Virus record (IMG/VR): IMGVR_UViG_3300032295_003128 | Location: 8,116-72,115 of that record | DNA length: 64,000 nt | Strand: one strand, 5' to 3' | From: a virus | Lineage: Duplodnaviria; Caudoviricetes | Shown here: positions 39,745 to 49,115 of the stretch, piece by piece | How positions within the stretch are numbered: the stretch's first letter is position 1 | Layout: each line of letters begins with the position of its first letter | Notes under the pieces: generated by a model | The model's database searches: none | What the model was told of the DNA's origin: nothing | Seen by the model: the letters and a program-made list of their open reading frames with translations, nothing else | Position numbers and translations under genes: made by a program

Positions 39745-39987
39745 TTACCTATTCATCAGGTGTCGGAAGCTGTCAAATACCCAAGCGGACATTGCCGCTA
39801 TGGCGGCGGCGACGCCGTAAATGGAGGACTTTGCCGTCTCTAGGTGCTTCAACCTTTCGTCGTGCTTATCGAAGACTTTGCCGAACCTCTCTTGGTTGTC
39901 CAAAATGAGGTCCACCTTAGTCTCCAGCCGCACAAGCCGCTGAGCGTCCAAGAAGTGGTCTGATTCTTTGCCGGCCATTTCATTCAT
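39745..39987 (-). CDS. XhlA-like coiled-coil membrane protein (holin-associated)
   Basis: RLVRLETKVD...RLKHLE coiled coil with C-terminal TM. Confidence 0.6.
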   Translation of the reverse strand: MNEMAGKESDHFLDAQRLVRLETKVDLILDNQERFGKVFDKHDERLKHLETAKSSIYGVAAAIAAMSAWVFDSFRHLMNR

Positions 39988-40014
39988 AATAAACGCGGTT
40001 CACAACCGGTGCAA

Positions 40015-43000
40015 CTAGACGAATGTCGGGTCGATGACTTGCCAGCCACGGCTGATTGCTTGCGTTTTACTGCTGTTGTACGTCGTGGTGTCTCCGGCGG
40101 TCGCGATAGTGCCGCTGAAATCCACAACATTGGAGTCTCCGGGTAGGCTCGAGGGGAAAGACCAAGTGCCCAACGTCCTCAGAATTCCAGCCAGAACCGT
40201 GACGCTGACGGCGCCCACGCTCTTTACCTGTACCCCGCTTCGACAAACAACTCCGACAGGAAACTGCGTCGCGAAGAAATCATAAAACACGCTGCTACCG
40301 AGAGAAGCTACATTTTCGACCGTAATCTCCTCCATCACAGAAACTCCAGAGCTATCTTTCCGTATCGGAGCTATAGCCAGCGTCAAAGCGCCGGCATTGC
40401 GTACCCGCAACGATGACATGTGTCCGCTGTAGCCGCGCCACGAGCCGTCAGAAAATGGCACCGCGTTAAAGAGTGTTCCGGTCACCGCGCTGTTGGACGA
40501 GAACTTCGAGAGTAATGGCGCCCCTCTAAAATCTGCCGTAGTTAGAAGGGGGCAGTTGTCCAAATAGACCTCACTCAAATGCGTCCACTGGTCACCCTCG
40601 TAGATAGCCATCTGCCCGCCGGTCAGCCCGTCTCCAGCAAATGGCTGTCCATTTATAGAGAGTACATTGCCGTCAAAAGTAAGCGGGGCGTCCCCGCCAG
40701 TCGGCTGCCATTTAGTGATGTCCGACACCCGATCAATGATCGACCATGAAGAAGATGCCGACAAGGAAGTATCTCGTACTGCTTTATGAATGAGATACGG
40801 TCGGCCGTTTACTGGAAACCGGCCCCCAGCGACGGGCCCCCCGAAAAACGTTAAATTCCGAAATACCACCACCGAGTTTTGCTTCAAACCGGACGTCAAA
40901 TTAGCTTGTGTAAACTGATCAATATTAATGGCTTGAAAACCAACACCTCCTTTCTGTACCTCGATCCATTGATTACTTGTTATGAATGAGCGTGCAACGG
41001 CGGCAGAAGTAACCGATTGCAACGCCGCATTGTCGCGTAAATCTAACAGCCGAATCGACCGGCGCCCAGCGGTTGGAAAACTCGCTAACTGCGTGTTTCT
41101 TGCATACAATTTCTGAACTCCGGTGATGTGCCGAAATGCCATCGGCACGTTGGGGCCGTACGCATTATAAAACTGCCACCACTCACCGGTAATAGGGTCG
41201 CCGTCAGTATCAGCTTCCGGGTCGTAGTCATAGGTGCGGTTTCCGATGTACGTTTTAATTGTGTTTGCGGGGAGCACAAGCGACGTCAGCGGATTATCCG
41301 ACACGTCAAGCTCTAGCAAAGGCGCGCCATACTGCACGTCGATTGTCTGTAAGTTGTTTCCGGATAAATCCAGTCTGAACAGCCGGTAGCCAGTAAATTG
41401 ATCCGCCGGTAGAGGCAGCACAAAGGCCGGACCCAAATTATTGTCCGCGAGTTTAAGTATCTCAGTTTTACTTTCAATGCCGGTGCCTCCCAAATCAAAG
41501 GAGGTCAATAAGTTATTGCTTACATCGATTTCCCTAGGACGATAGCCGCCGAACACCCCTCCAGGAAACGCCAAAGACGTAAGTCCTTGGGTAGCGGAAT
41601 CAGGGTATTGATTTGAAAGATTGAGTACGTCGCTCGGAAATAAGTGAGTGAACGTGGCAGTGTTTATTTTATTGTTTGCGGCTTTGTACGACTCTGCTAC
41701 CCCATAATTACTGAAGGTCGCTGTGGTTAGCTGATTAAACGAAAGGTCTACGCGTCGCAGATATCTCGTGGTCGGCGGTATCGAGCCAAATGTCGTCCCA
41801 TACAGACTAGGTCGCCGTTGGGATATCATCGACAAGTCGATGCCGCATCTATCTACCTTAAAGGTCGCGTCCGTCAGGAAGTTTGATTGAACGTCTAGGT
41901 CTATAAGATCCGCGCAATCCTCAATATTAAGATACGTTAGCCGATTAAACGATAAGTCTAATATGTAAATTGGGGTGTTCGGCGCTGAAAACTCGCTTAA
42001 GCCTAAATTGCTCAGCATTAAATGGCGTTTGACTTCGGTCACCATCCCGACGCGCGCGAGCAAAGGATTGTTCGGGGTGTTCCGGTAAAGCCAGCGCTCA
42101 GTTACGGGTCGCCCAAAAAAGTCGGTTCGAAGCTCTGACGCCAGCGCAGGGACGCCTACGGGATCATTGTTTTCGGCCAACGCAATCTCGAGATATTGCC
42201 TAGTACCAACATAATACGTCCCCTCGACGCCAGCCAGAGTAAACTTCATTCCGATAACTGGATCATCCGGCGGCGGCCACGTGTTTGGCATTCGCGTAAA
42301 ATCAATGACTGTCGGCCTTACAGTCAAATATTGTCGGGTAGTACCCCAGTTCTGCGAAATATTTACTGTGTACGTGCCGTTGCCGCCCGTGCCGGTTCCT
42401 AGCGCGGTGATACGGGTGTCTTTCACTAGCTTGTTACCATAGTAAGTCCCTACAGGTAGCTCCACCCCGTCTGTTATGTTCATCCCGACTTGAAGAGGCA
42501 CTGAGCCCGGTTCGTTTACAACATCGTCTACTGTCAGGGTTGTGCCGTTTATGTTTGCGCGAAACCGAGGAGGACGCGCAGTAACTACCGGGTTACCGAA
42601 ATCGAAGTCAGGGTGCGGCAGCCAAGAGATCGGGTATTCTCCAAAGGTTCCGACTGACCTCAAAGTACAATAAGGGTACGTGAAATTACACAGTGGATGC
42701 TGGCATCTAAGAACCGACGGCGCGCCTTCGCAGAACTCAGGCTGATTCTGCACCGCGAGTAACGCGTAAAGTGCGTCTTTTTTTGTACCCAAAACAGCTT
42801 TGAAACCTGAGTCTGCTTCCGTCCACCCTTCGACAATAGACTCGTAGATGTCGCCCGGGAAAGCATCGGTTCGTTGCGGTAGGTTAAAGTATATTCGTCT
42901 GCCCGTTGGGAAAAACACGCGGTTTGTCGCTTCATCGTACGTGTATTCCGAAAACTGTTCGTCCAACGTCGCCCCCGACTGGCCGAACGCGCCTTCCCAA

Positions 43001-43104
43001 TTTGGGATTTCTTTAATTGCGCCGAACGCAGGGTCCAAAACAAAATACGTATCGTCGCGAAAAACGCTTTGCCTTCCTTTGACGCTGCCTCGTATCGCAA
43101 ACAT
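40015..43104 (-). CDS. leucine-rich-repeat fibre/adhesin-like protein
   Basis: ~10 LxLxxNxL repeats (LDLSFNRL, IDVSNNLL, LDLSGNNL, LDVSDNPL...) plus INGTTLTV...GTGGNGTYTVNISQ fibre motif; start MFAIRG. Confidence 0.75.
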   Translation of the reverse strand: MFAIRGSVKGRQSVFRDDTYFVLDPAFGAIKEIPNWEGAFGQSGATLDEQFSEYTYDEATNRVFFPTGRRIYFNLPQRTDAFPGDIYESIVEGWTEADSGFKAVLGTKKDALYALLAVQNQPEFCEGAPSVLRCQHPLCNFTYPYCTLRSVGTFGEYPISWLPHPDFDFGNPVVTARPPRFRANINGTTLTVDDVVNEPGSVPLQVGMNITDGVELPVGTYYGNKLVKDTRITALGTGTGGNGTYTVNISQNWGTTRQYLTVRPTVIDFTRMPNTWPPPDDPVIGMKFTLAGVEGTYYVGTRQYLEIALAENNDPVGVPALASELRTDFFGRPVTERWLYRNTPNNPLLARVGMVTEVKRHLMLSNLGLSEFSAPNTPIYILDLSFNRLTYLNIEDCADLIDLDVQSNFLTDATFKVDRCGIDLSMISQRRPSLYGTTFGSIPPTTRYLRRVDLSFNQLTTATFSNYGVAESYKAANNKINTATFTHLFPSDVLNLSNQYPDSATQGLTSLAFPGGVFGGYRPREIDVSNNLLTSFDLGGTGIESKTEILKLADNNLGPAFVLPLPADQFTGYRLFRLDLSGNNLQTIDVQYGAPLLELDVSDNPLTSLVLPANTIKTYIGNRTYDYDPEADTDGDPITGEWWQFYNAYGPNVPMAFRHITGVQKLYARNTQLASFPTAGRRSIRLLDLRDNAALQSVTSAAVARSFITSNQWIEVQKGGVGFQAINIDQFTQANLTSGLKQNSVVVFRNLTFFGGPVAGGRFPVNGRPYLIHKAVRDTSLSASSSWSIIDRVSDITKWQPTGGDAPLTFDGNVLSINGQPFAGDGLTGGQMAIYEGDQWTHLSEVYLDNCPLLTTADFRGAPLLSKFSSNSAVTGTLFNAVPFSDGSWRGYSGHMSSLRVRNAGALTLAIAPIRKDSSGVSVMEEITVENVASLGSSVFYDFFATQFPVGVVCRSGVQVKSVGAVSVTVLAGILRTLGTWSFPSSLPGDSNVVDFSGTIATAGDTTTYNSSKTQAISRGWQVIDPTFV

Positions 43105-43457
43105 TACGCCGCGATCCACTCGTCGTCACCAATCTTAATCAACGCCTGCGACGCTGAATTCCGAGTGTACGTTATGACTGTCGAGCTGCCCGCTTCAAGC
43201 GCAACCTCGCCGGGATCAGGAGACAGTATCAAAATTTGAGTTCCTATCGGAAACTTTACTGAGGCGCTCGGAACATAGACCGGCCCCCCCGCCGTAACCA
43301 CTAGCCCGCCAGCATCTTCTAGTTGAAGCGTATAAGGGGCGTTACTGAATAGCCGCCTCACTCCGCACGACAACGGTGCGGCCCCTGCTTCTTGGGCCGA
43401 GGTGATGGGAAACAGCTCCCCGCTAAACGGGTTAAACTTGTACCCCGGGAGACTCAT
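43104..43457 (-). CDS. small fibre-associated protein
   Basis: YKFNPFSG N-terminus; YTLQLEDAG...FPIGTQI...LIKIGDDEW domain. Confidence 0.6.
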   Translation of the reverse strand: MSLPGYKFNPFSGELFPITSAQEAGAAPLSCGVRRLFSNAPYTLQLEDAGGLVVTAGGPVYVPSASVKFPIGTQILILSPDPGEVALEAGSSTVITYTRNSASQALIKIGDDEWIAA

Positions 43458-43672
43458 TGAATGCTTCGGTTAAGCGATTTAGGGATCGCGCGCAGATTGC
43501 TACGGCGATTCGACATGCCGTTCATGTGATGAACGTCTTTGCCGTCGCCCTTACGAACGTGGCCGAGCTTCTCCATCTTACGGCGAGCCTTGTTCCGCTG
43601 GCTGCGACGTTTGATTTGCTCCGGCTTCGCGTGGTAGTCGGCGTATTCTTTGGCGTAGTTTCGAGCGCTCAT
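43454..43672 (-). CDS. small HNH endonuclease-like protein
   Basis: RNYAKEY...KDVHH...NRRSNLR...SLNR. Confidence 0.75.
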   Translation of the reverse strand: MSARNYAKEYADYHAKPEQIKRRSQRNKARRKMEKLGHVRKGDGKDVHHMNGMSNRRSNLRAIPKSLNRSIQ

Positions 43673-46011
43673 TGAGTTTCGGTAGGCACGATTTCGGGAA
43701 CCGCCATGCGGCTCGCCATTTTAACCTTGGCCGCTGTCTCGGCGTCTTTCAGCGCCATCTTCTGGGACATCTCGGCCTGTTTCAAAGCCATGGTCGCCTG
43801 ATGCCGCTCGACATCCATTTGCAACTTGGCTTGGCGTTCCATCAATTCTTGACGGGCTTTCGGCGAAAGCTGTTCGGACTCGGCGAGCTTCTGCTCCATC
43901 GCGGCGATGCGAGCTTGCTCCGACTCGATCATTCGCTGCTGTTCGGCTTGCTGCGCCATCGCTTGCTTCTCGGCGGCGGCTTTAAGCTCGTCGGCCATGC
44001 GGTCGCGGGACGCGCCGAGCTGCTGGAGACGCTGGCGCATCATCGCGACTTGATCTTTGCGGACAAGATCGCTGCCGAGCCGCTGAACGTGCTCGGCCAG
44101 GTGCGGCAAGAACAAGTCCATCGCTTGCAGCGCGGCCATCGGGTCGGCCCCGTTGGAGATGCCCTCCTGCATTTGCTCTAGGGCCTGAAGATGTCGGCCA
44201 GCGTGAATGAAGTGGTTTTCTCCGTCGCTCACCGGCATCGGGCTGCCGCTCGACATCATGCCGTTCTCGATGACCGCAAGCTTGTCGTCCATAGGCGGAC
44301 GCAAAGACGTTCCTGGAGCGGGCAAATACCGATCCACAACCTCCTGGCCGAAGCGGGCAGCGATCCTATCACGCAAGAGGTTGATCCGCCCGGCCTCGTC
44401 GAGGCTTCCGAAAATTGCCATTGTCTCCTCGATTGCGATTTGACGCATTCCGGGGGAGCCAAACCCAATCGCTCGGACAGGTTCAACGCTGCGCCAGCGG
44501 TAGATGGCTTCCTCGGGAACTCCGCGCTTGATGCAACGACGGCGGAAATCGACGGCCTCCCTGCCGCCGGGTTCGATGGCGGTGTATTTGCGACGGCTGA
44601 GTCGGCGGTAGACTTCCGTGAGCAACCGCTTCCACGGGTGGTAAAACAGATTGATCGACGCCGAGCTTAGGACCGCTTCTTGCTGAAGCTGCGCTCTAAC
44701 CTCGTAGGCAGTCCGCGCTTGGCCGTCCGCGTTCATGGCGCGGGACTGATACCCGACAGTGCGGTTGGTCATGTTCTGCGTCAGGTCTTGCAGGACCGGC
44801 AGCATGTTGCGGCTGTAGTCTGGAATGGCCTTCTCTACAACTTTCAGCCCGGGAGGAAACAACGCATAAGGGCCGTAGTACGATAGGGTAAGATCTTCGA
44901 GTGCGCGGCTGCCCTGATCTCCGGGCTGCACAATTAAAGCCGAGCTTAACAGCGCACCATCGACCATGCCGCAGCGAAGGCGGTTCAGAAGCTGGATGTG
45001 CGGGTAGATCTTAAATCCAAGCCCGCGAATGCCATGATACGTTCCGTTACCGACGCCGTACGTAAAGGTGACAAAGCAGTTAACGGGAGAAGAAAAGCGA
45101 TTGGCGCGGGTAAAGAGAAACTCTTCGTCCGGCTCGTCTTCGTCAATCGAACCCACGGGGTCGCGCAAGAACATCAAATGCGAGACTTTCCCCGAGAATT
45201 CCCGAACCCACATGTGGACTACGTCCACTTTCTTGGCGCGGCTGTTCGTATAGAGGAGGTCATTGTTCTTCAGCTCGACCTCCAGCTTTTCCCACTCGCC
45301 GACTTCGTAGTTCGTCCGTTCGTTGCAGGCCCTTAAAAGCGCGTGCCGGACCATCTTGACGTTCCAGCCTAACGAGGCGGCAACCTTGGGGTCGCGGATG
45401 TAATGATAAAGTTGATGGGCCTGATACTCGCGCTCCACTGTCGCGCATTCGATCTCGAACTCGTTGGCCTTTGTCCCACGGGGCATACGAAACTCGGAAA
45501 GCCCCGCCACTCTCCAACGCCAATCGACTTCGTCTTCAAAATACGTCACGCCAACCCCATGCGAAACGAACTGGTCGGCCAGCATTTGATGGGAAAATTC
45601 AAACTCCGGCCATTCTTTAAGCGTCCGGTGAAACTCTTCCGAGATGACGCGCTCCCACTCGACCCGCTGCTCGGCCGTTCCGTAATCCAAAGACACTCGG
45701 GCCAGCGAATCAACCGACGCCGTCAGATCGTAGTATCCGGCCAAGGCTTGCTCTTTGAGCGCCGCTGCCTCGCCAAAATCCAAGTTTGTTCTCTCGCCTT
45801 GACCCATCTCCGTCAGGTCGTCCTGGTTGAATGGGGGCGAACCATTGAACATCGAGTCGATCAACGCCCGGTTCTGGGAGCTTCCGGCGTCGGAATCCTT
45901 CAAGGCCTTATAAATGGAGCGGGCTGCGTCAACAGTCGTGACGCGCATTTTCGGCGGCTTGCCTGATTCGTTCAGCCCCGCCAGTTCAAGTGGTTGCAAT
46001 CCGGATTCCAT
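43669..46011 (-). CDS. portal protein
   Basis: 780 aa near TerL; RTAYEV motif; C-terminal Q/A-rich coiled coil typical of podoviral portals. Confidence 0.8.
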   Translation of the reverse strand: MESGLQPLELAGLNESGKPPKMRVTTVDAARSIYKALKDSDAGSSQNRALIDSMFNGSPPFNQDDLTEMGQGERTNLDFGEAAALKEQALAGYYDLTASVDSLARVSLDYGTAEQRVEWERVISEEFHRTLKEWPEFEFSHQMLADQFVSHGVGVTYFEDEVDWRWRVAGLSEFRMPRGTKANEFEIECATVEREYQAHQLYHYIRDPKVAASLGWNVKMVRHALLRACNERTNYEVGEWEKLEVELKNNDLLYTNSRAKKVDVVHMWVREFSGKVSHLMFLRDPVGSIDEDEPDEEFLFTRANRFSSPVNCFVTFTYGVGNGTYHGIRGLGFKIYPHIQLLNRLRCGMVDGALLSSALIVQPGDQGSRALEDLTLSYYGPYALFPPGLKVVEKAIPDYSRNMLPVLQDLTQNMTNRTVGYQSRAMNADGQARTAYEVRAQLQQEAVLSSASINLFYHPWKRLLTEVYRRLSRRKYTAIEPGGREAVDFRRRCIKRGVPEEAIYRWRSVEPVRAIGFGSPGMRQIAIEETMAIFGSLDEAGRINLLRDRIAARFGQEVVDRYLPAPGTSLRPPMDDKLAVIENGMMSSGSPMPVSDGENHFIHAGRHLQALEQMQEGISNGADPMAALQAMDLFLPHLAEHVQRLGSDLVRKDQVAMMRQRLQQLGASRDRMADELKAAAEKQAMAQQAEQQRMIESEQARIAAMEQKLAESEQLSPKARQELMERQAKLQMDVERHQATMALKQAEMSQKMALKDAETAAKVKMASRMAVPEIVPTETQ

Positions 46012-46025
46012 GGGTGGTCAGGTTA

Positions 46026-46274
46026 TTATAGCTTAGGGCGAAGAAATGTCACCCGGCGGACTCCGCTGGAGCGAAAAACCCGGAACGATTGACGTTCGAC
46101 CGAAGGGTTGCGGAGCATTCGCTGATACAGCCCCGAGCTTGCGAAGTCGCGATGGCTTTTCCATCCCTCTCGGCGGAGCGCCTCTTCATTGACGCCTTCA
46201 GATTCAGCCTCTATCGCCGCCCACGCCGAGTCGTAAAGATCAGACGCGGAGGGCTTTGCTTTCTTCTGGATCAT
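46026..46274 (-). CDS. hypothetical protein
   Basis: fills gap between phosphoesterase and portal. Confidence 0.5.
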   Translation of the reverse strand: MIQKKAKPSASDLYDSAWAAIEAESEGVNEEALRREGWKSHRDFASSGLYQRMLRNPSVERQSFRVFRSSGVRRVTFLRPKL

Positions 46275-47061
46275 AGGTCAAAAGTTTTACCGCAGGGAGG
46301 CTGTTCGCCGGAAGATTACGCCAATCGAGAATGCCGACCGACGGGCGGCACAAGCTATCGCCGACGACTTTGTGTCCGTAGCGGGTCAGCATTTGCCACG
46401 CGCCGGTCACGAGGAAGAGCGCGTGAGCGTCCGAGTAGTAACCGCCGCAATGGCGATGTCCTCTCAAGAACACCCGGGGCAGCCGATGGCCGGAGCGCGC
46501 GTAGTTCAAACGAGCGTTTCCCATCGTAATGCTCATGGCCCCCGCTTCGAGATACGCCCGTGCGCTGGTCGGCATGTGGTGCGCTACGTCGATCAGCGTT
46601 CCGTTGAGTTCAAGCAGCGCTTTGTCGCCGCAGAACTGGCCGCCGCACTCTTGCGCGATATACTCTTCCCAGTCGCCGGTATGACATTCAGTTCCGGCAA
46701 TGAAGTAGCGCTTTGCGGCTACTTTCGCCAGCGGAAGCAACGCTTGGATTGCCGCGCTGCTGTGGTCTTTCATCTTGGCGGCGACGACTTCCTGAGTCCC
46801 GTGGTGCCGACCTTCGATGCAATCTCCGTTGACGATCAGCGCCCAGGGCGCCCCTTTGAAGTGTTCAAAGATCCGTGTCTGCATGTCGGTCCAACACGAC
46901 CACAACCACTGCTGATGAAGGTTATCGCCTAAGTTGACGGTGTTGCCGTAACTGACTTTGGCGCCGTCAGGCCAGAGCCCGACAGAAGAACCGCAATGTA
47001 AATCAGATACGACAACTACTCCTGCTACTTCGGCTGACGCCGGTTTCGGTCGTTTACGCAT
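46240..47061 (-). CDS. calcineurin-like metallophosphoesterase
   Basis: VSDLHCG, NGDCIEG, GTECH, HH, RGHRH motifs. Confidence 0.85.
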   Translation of the reverse strand: MRKRPKPASAEVAGVVVVSDLHCGSSVGLWPDGAKVSYGNTVNLGDNLHQQWLWSCWTDMQTRIFEHFKGAPWALIVNGDCIEGRHHGTQEVVAAKMKDHSSAAIQALLPLAKVAAKRYFIAGTECHTGDWEEYIAQECGGQFCGDKALLELNGTLIDVAHHMPTSARAYLEAGAMSITMGNARLNYARSGHRLPRVFLRGHRHCGGYYSDAHALFLVTGAWQMLTRYGHKVVGDSLCRPSVGILDWRNLPANSLPAVKLLTYDPEESKALRV

Positions 47062-47085
47062 GAGGTTAGTCGGTTATGATAAACG

Positions 47086-48861
47086 CTAAAATCGGGAAAG
47101 CAAACTAGGGTTCCGTGACGGGGTAAACTTTGTCATCGTCCGTTTCCACCGGGTTTCACGCCCGCCAGTCCCAGAGTTACCATCCTGGGGCGCCCGAATA
47201 CCAAACCGCTCACGGACAACTTCGAGCAAAACAAATGACGCATCCGCTATGTCAGGAGACCGCCCCGTCCTAGATTTCATGTCAACTTTGCTCTCAACGA
47301 TTACTTTCATCGCCCCGCTCTTGCGCGTGTCGTAGTGGCGGCTCGTCATCTCTCGGGCCAAGTCCGGCCCGATACCGCGAATCTGCCCGTTCTGGAGGTA
47401 CTCCTTAGCCCCGAACCACAGCTCGGTCACCCGGTTGGAGTATTTCTCGTTGGCTTTGGTCGAGTCGTACGAGGACAGCGCTCGCTCCGAAGGCGCCCCG
47501 CCGAAGTGAACCCGCATGAACTCATTGTTCCCCGCCACCGACGCGAGCGCGTCGCAGAACGGGACACCGCCGCCCGTCACGTCCACGCCGACGTTGTACC
47601 AAGGGATGTTGTGTTGGATGACAATGTCTCGGATCTTTCGGGCAATCTGCATGGTGCGCGGCTCGGGGCTGGATACCTCGTCCTCCAGATAGTGGAACTC
47701 GTCGAATGACACTTGATCGAATCCTTCCTTCCCGACCCCGTAAGACCCAAGGTAGATGACGCACCGGTCGCCGCCGGAAACAAACGACGGGTCAATGCCG
47801 ACTACACGCTGCGGAGTTTTCAACCAAACTGGCGGTTGGTCGCCTTTGAACCGAATGATCTCGGTCTCGGAATAGATGGCCTTCGACGCTGCCTGGGGCG
47901 CCCAAAAGCCCCGATAATCCCTCCAAAACAACGGCGAGTCCTCCCCCAACCGCGCGCGGGCCTCGTCGATCTTTTCAAATTTCTGGATCGGCCACTTGTT
48001 TTCCCCGATCAAGTAATTCGGATTTTTAAGCGCGTCAAAGTGCAGACACACGCCGCCGATCTTAGTCTCCCAGCGGCCGGTATCCACGTTGATGGCCCCC
48101 CACCCGTCTTTCGGCTCCACGAACTTGCCGAACGGATCGTAATAGCTCGTCGGGTTTGAGGCGGCGCAGATGTGCAAGACAGGGTTGTTCGCCATGTTCG
48201 ACAAGGCGGTGTCGATCAAGGCATGACTCAACTCAGACAACTCGTCGGCCGCCAAGTAGACCCGGAGTGCTTTCATGCCTCTCATTTTGCCGGTCACTTC
48301 ATTGCTTTTGCGGGCTTCGGCGGGAATCAGGTAAACGCCGGATTGTTCCTGCCTTTGGCCGTTTTTCATCACGTAGATCGCCGGAGTCGGCGTATCCGCA
48401 AGCTTGGCTGGGGCGACATCCTTGATCGCGGGCCAATACCGCTGCACGGCCCCCCAAACTCTTTTCTTGGCGTCGCGGATCGAAGTCGAGGTCAGCAGGC
48501 CCAACGTGTGGTACGGCGCCGAGAGCCAATTCAACAAGACCCAGACGGCCATGAAATCCGACTTGCCAGACGATCCGCAACCGGCGAAACCGACGTAACG
48601 ATTATGGCAGCACTCGTGCAACATCGATTCGGCCCAAGGGTGCCAAATGAAGTTCTCGGTCTTGTGGTTCCAAAAGATTTTGGCCGCACGTTTGAAGTGC
48701 TCTTCGCGGCCCAACCAATCGGGCGAGCGACCGCCCTCGCGGTACATAAAAAGCTCGATGGCCCAATCGGCATACTCCGGCGGGAAAATGAATCCGTAGC
48801 GGCGGATCGCCGTCGAAGGAACGAGTTTTGCGTCGCTAATGAGACAGGGTTTGAAAATCAT
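47086..48861 (-). CDS. terL: terminase large subunit
   Basis: Walker A GCGSSGKS, Walker B AADE, ASN coupling motif, RNase H-like GIDP and SPDIADA. Confidence 0.9.
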   Translation of the reverse strand: MIFKPCLISDAKLVPSTAIRRYGFIFPPEYADWAIELFMYREGGRSPDWLGREEHFKRAAKIFWNHKTENFIWHPWAESMLHECCHNRYVGFAGCGSSGKSDFMAVWVLLNWLSAPYHTLGLLTSTSIRDAKKRVWGAVQRYWPAIKDVAPAKLADTPTPAIYVMKNGQRQEQSGVYLIPAEARKSNEVTGKMRGMKALRVYLAADELSELSHALIDTALSNMANNPVLHICAASNPTSYYDPFGKFVEPKDGWGAINVDTGRWETKIGGVCLHFDALKNPNYLIGENKWPIQKFEKIDEARARLGEDSPLFWRDYRGFWAPQAASKAIYSETEIIRFKGDQPPVWLKTPQRVVGIDPSFVSGGDRCVIYLGSYGVGKEGFDQVSFDEFHYLEDEVSSPEPRTMQIARKIRDIVIQHNIPWYNVGVDVTGGGVPFCDALASVAGNNEFMRVHFGGAPSERALSSYDSTKANEKYSNRVTELWFGAKEYLQNGQIRGIGPDLAREMTSRHYDTRKSGAMKVIVESKVDMKSRTGRSPDIADASFVLLEVVRERFGIRAPQDGNSGTGGRETRWKRTMTKFTPSRNPSLLSRF

Positions 48862-48963
48862 AAGTCTTTTGTGCCAAAATCCTTGTCACAGCCCGGCACA
48901 GGCCGATTTGATAACGGCGCAAGGCGCTGGTACTCTGAAGGTTTACGCATTTGTGCAATCAAC

Positions 48964-48988
48964 TTCGAATCCCGTGCGCGCTGCCCCA
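48964..48988 (+). other. putative attP core = 3' end of a tRNA gene
   Basis: TTCGAAT-CCCGT-GCGCGCT-G-CC matches T-loop, T-stem 3', acceptor 3' and discriminator; 130 bp upstream of integrase; flanked by TTTGTGC(C)AA repeats. Confidence 0.7.
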
Positions 48989-49115
48989 TTTTCAAATTCG
49001 TAAGTCACTCGACTTACTCTGTTAATCGGAAAGTTATGCAACATTTGTTGTGAACCTTTGTGCAAGGTTATGAATAATTTTGAACGACTTGGCACAAACT
49101 TACGTCAAAAAACAC

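Noticed and set aside
43454-43672. Mobile intron/homing endonuclease interrupting the portal
   Set aside because: Free-standing 72-aa HNH after an intact portal stop; no intron signals seen
48930-48990. Complete tRNA gene
   Set aside because: Only T-loop and 3' acceptor strand are present; the upstream sequence cannot form the 5' acceptor, D or anticodon arms, so it is treated as an att core
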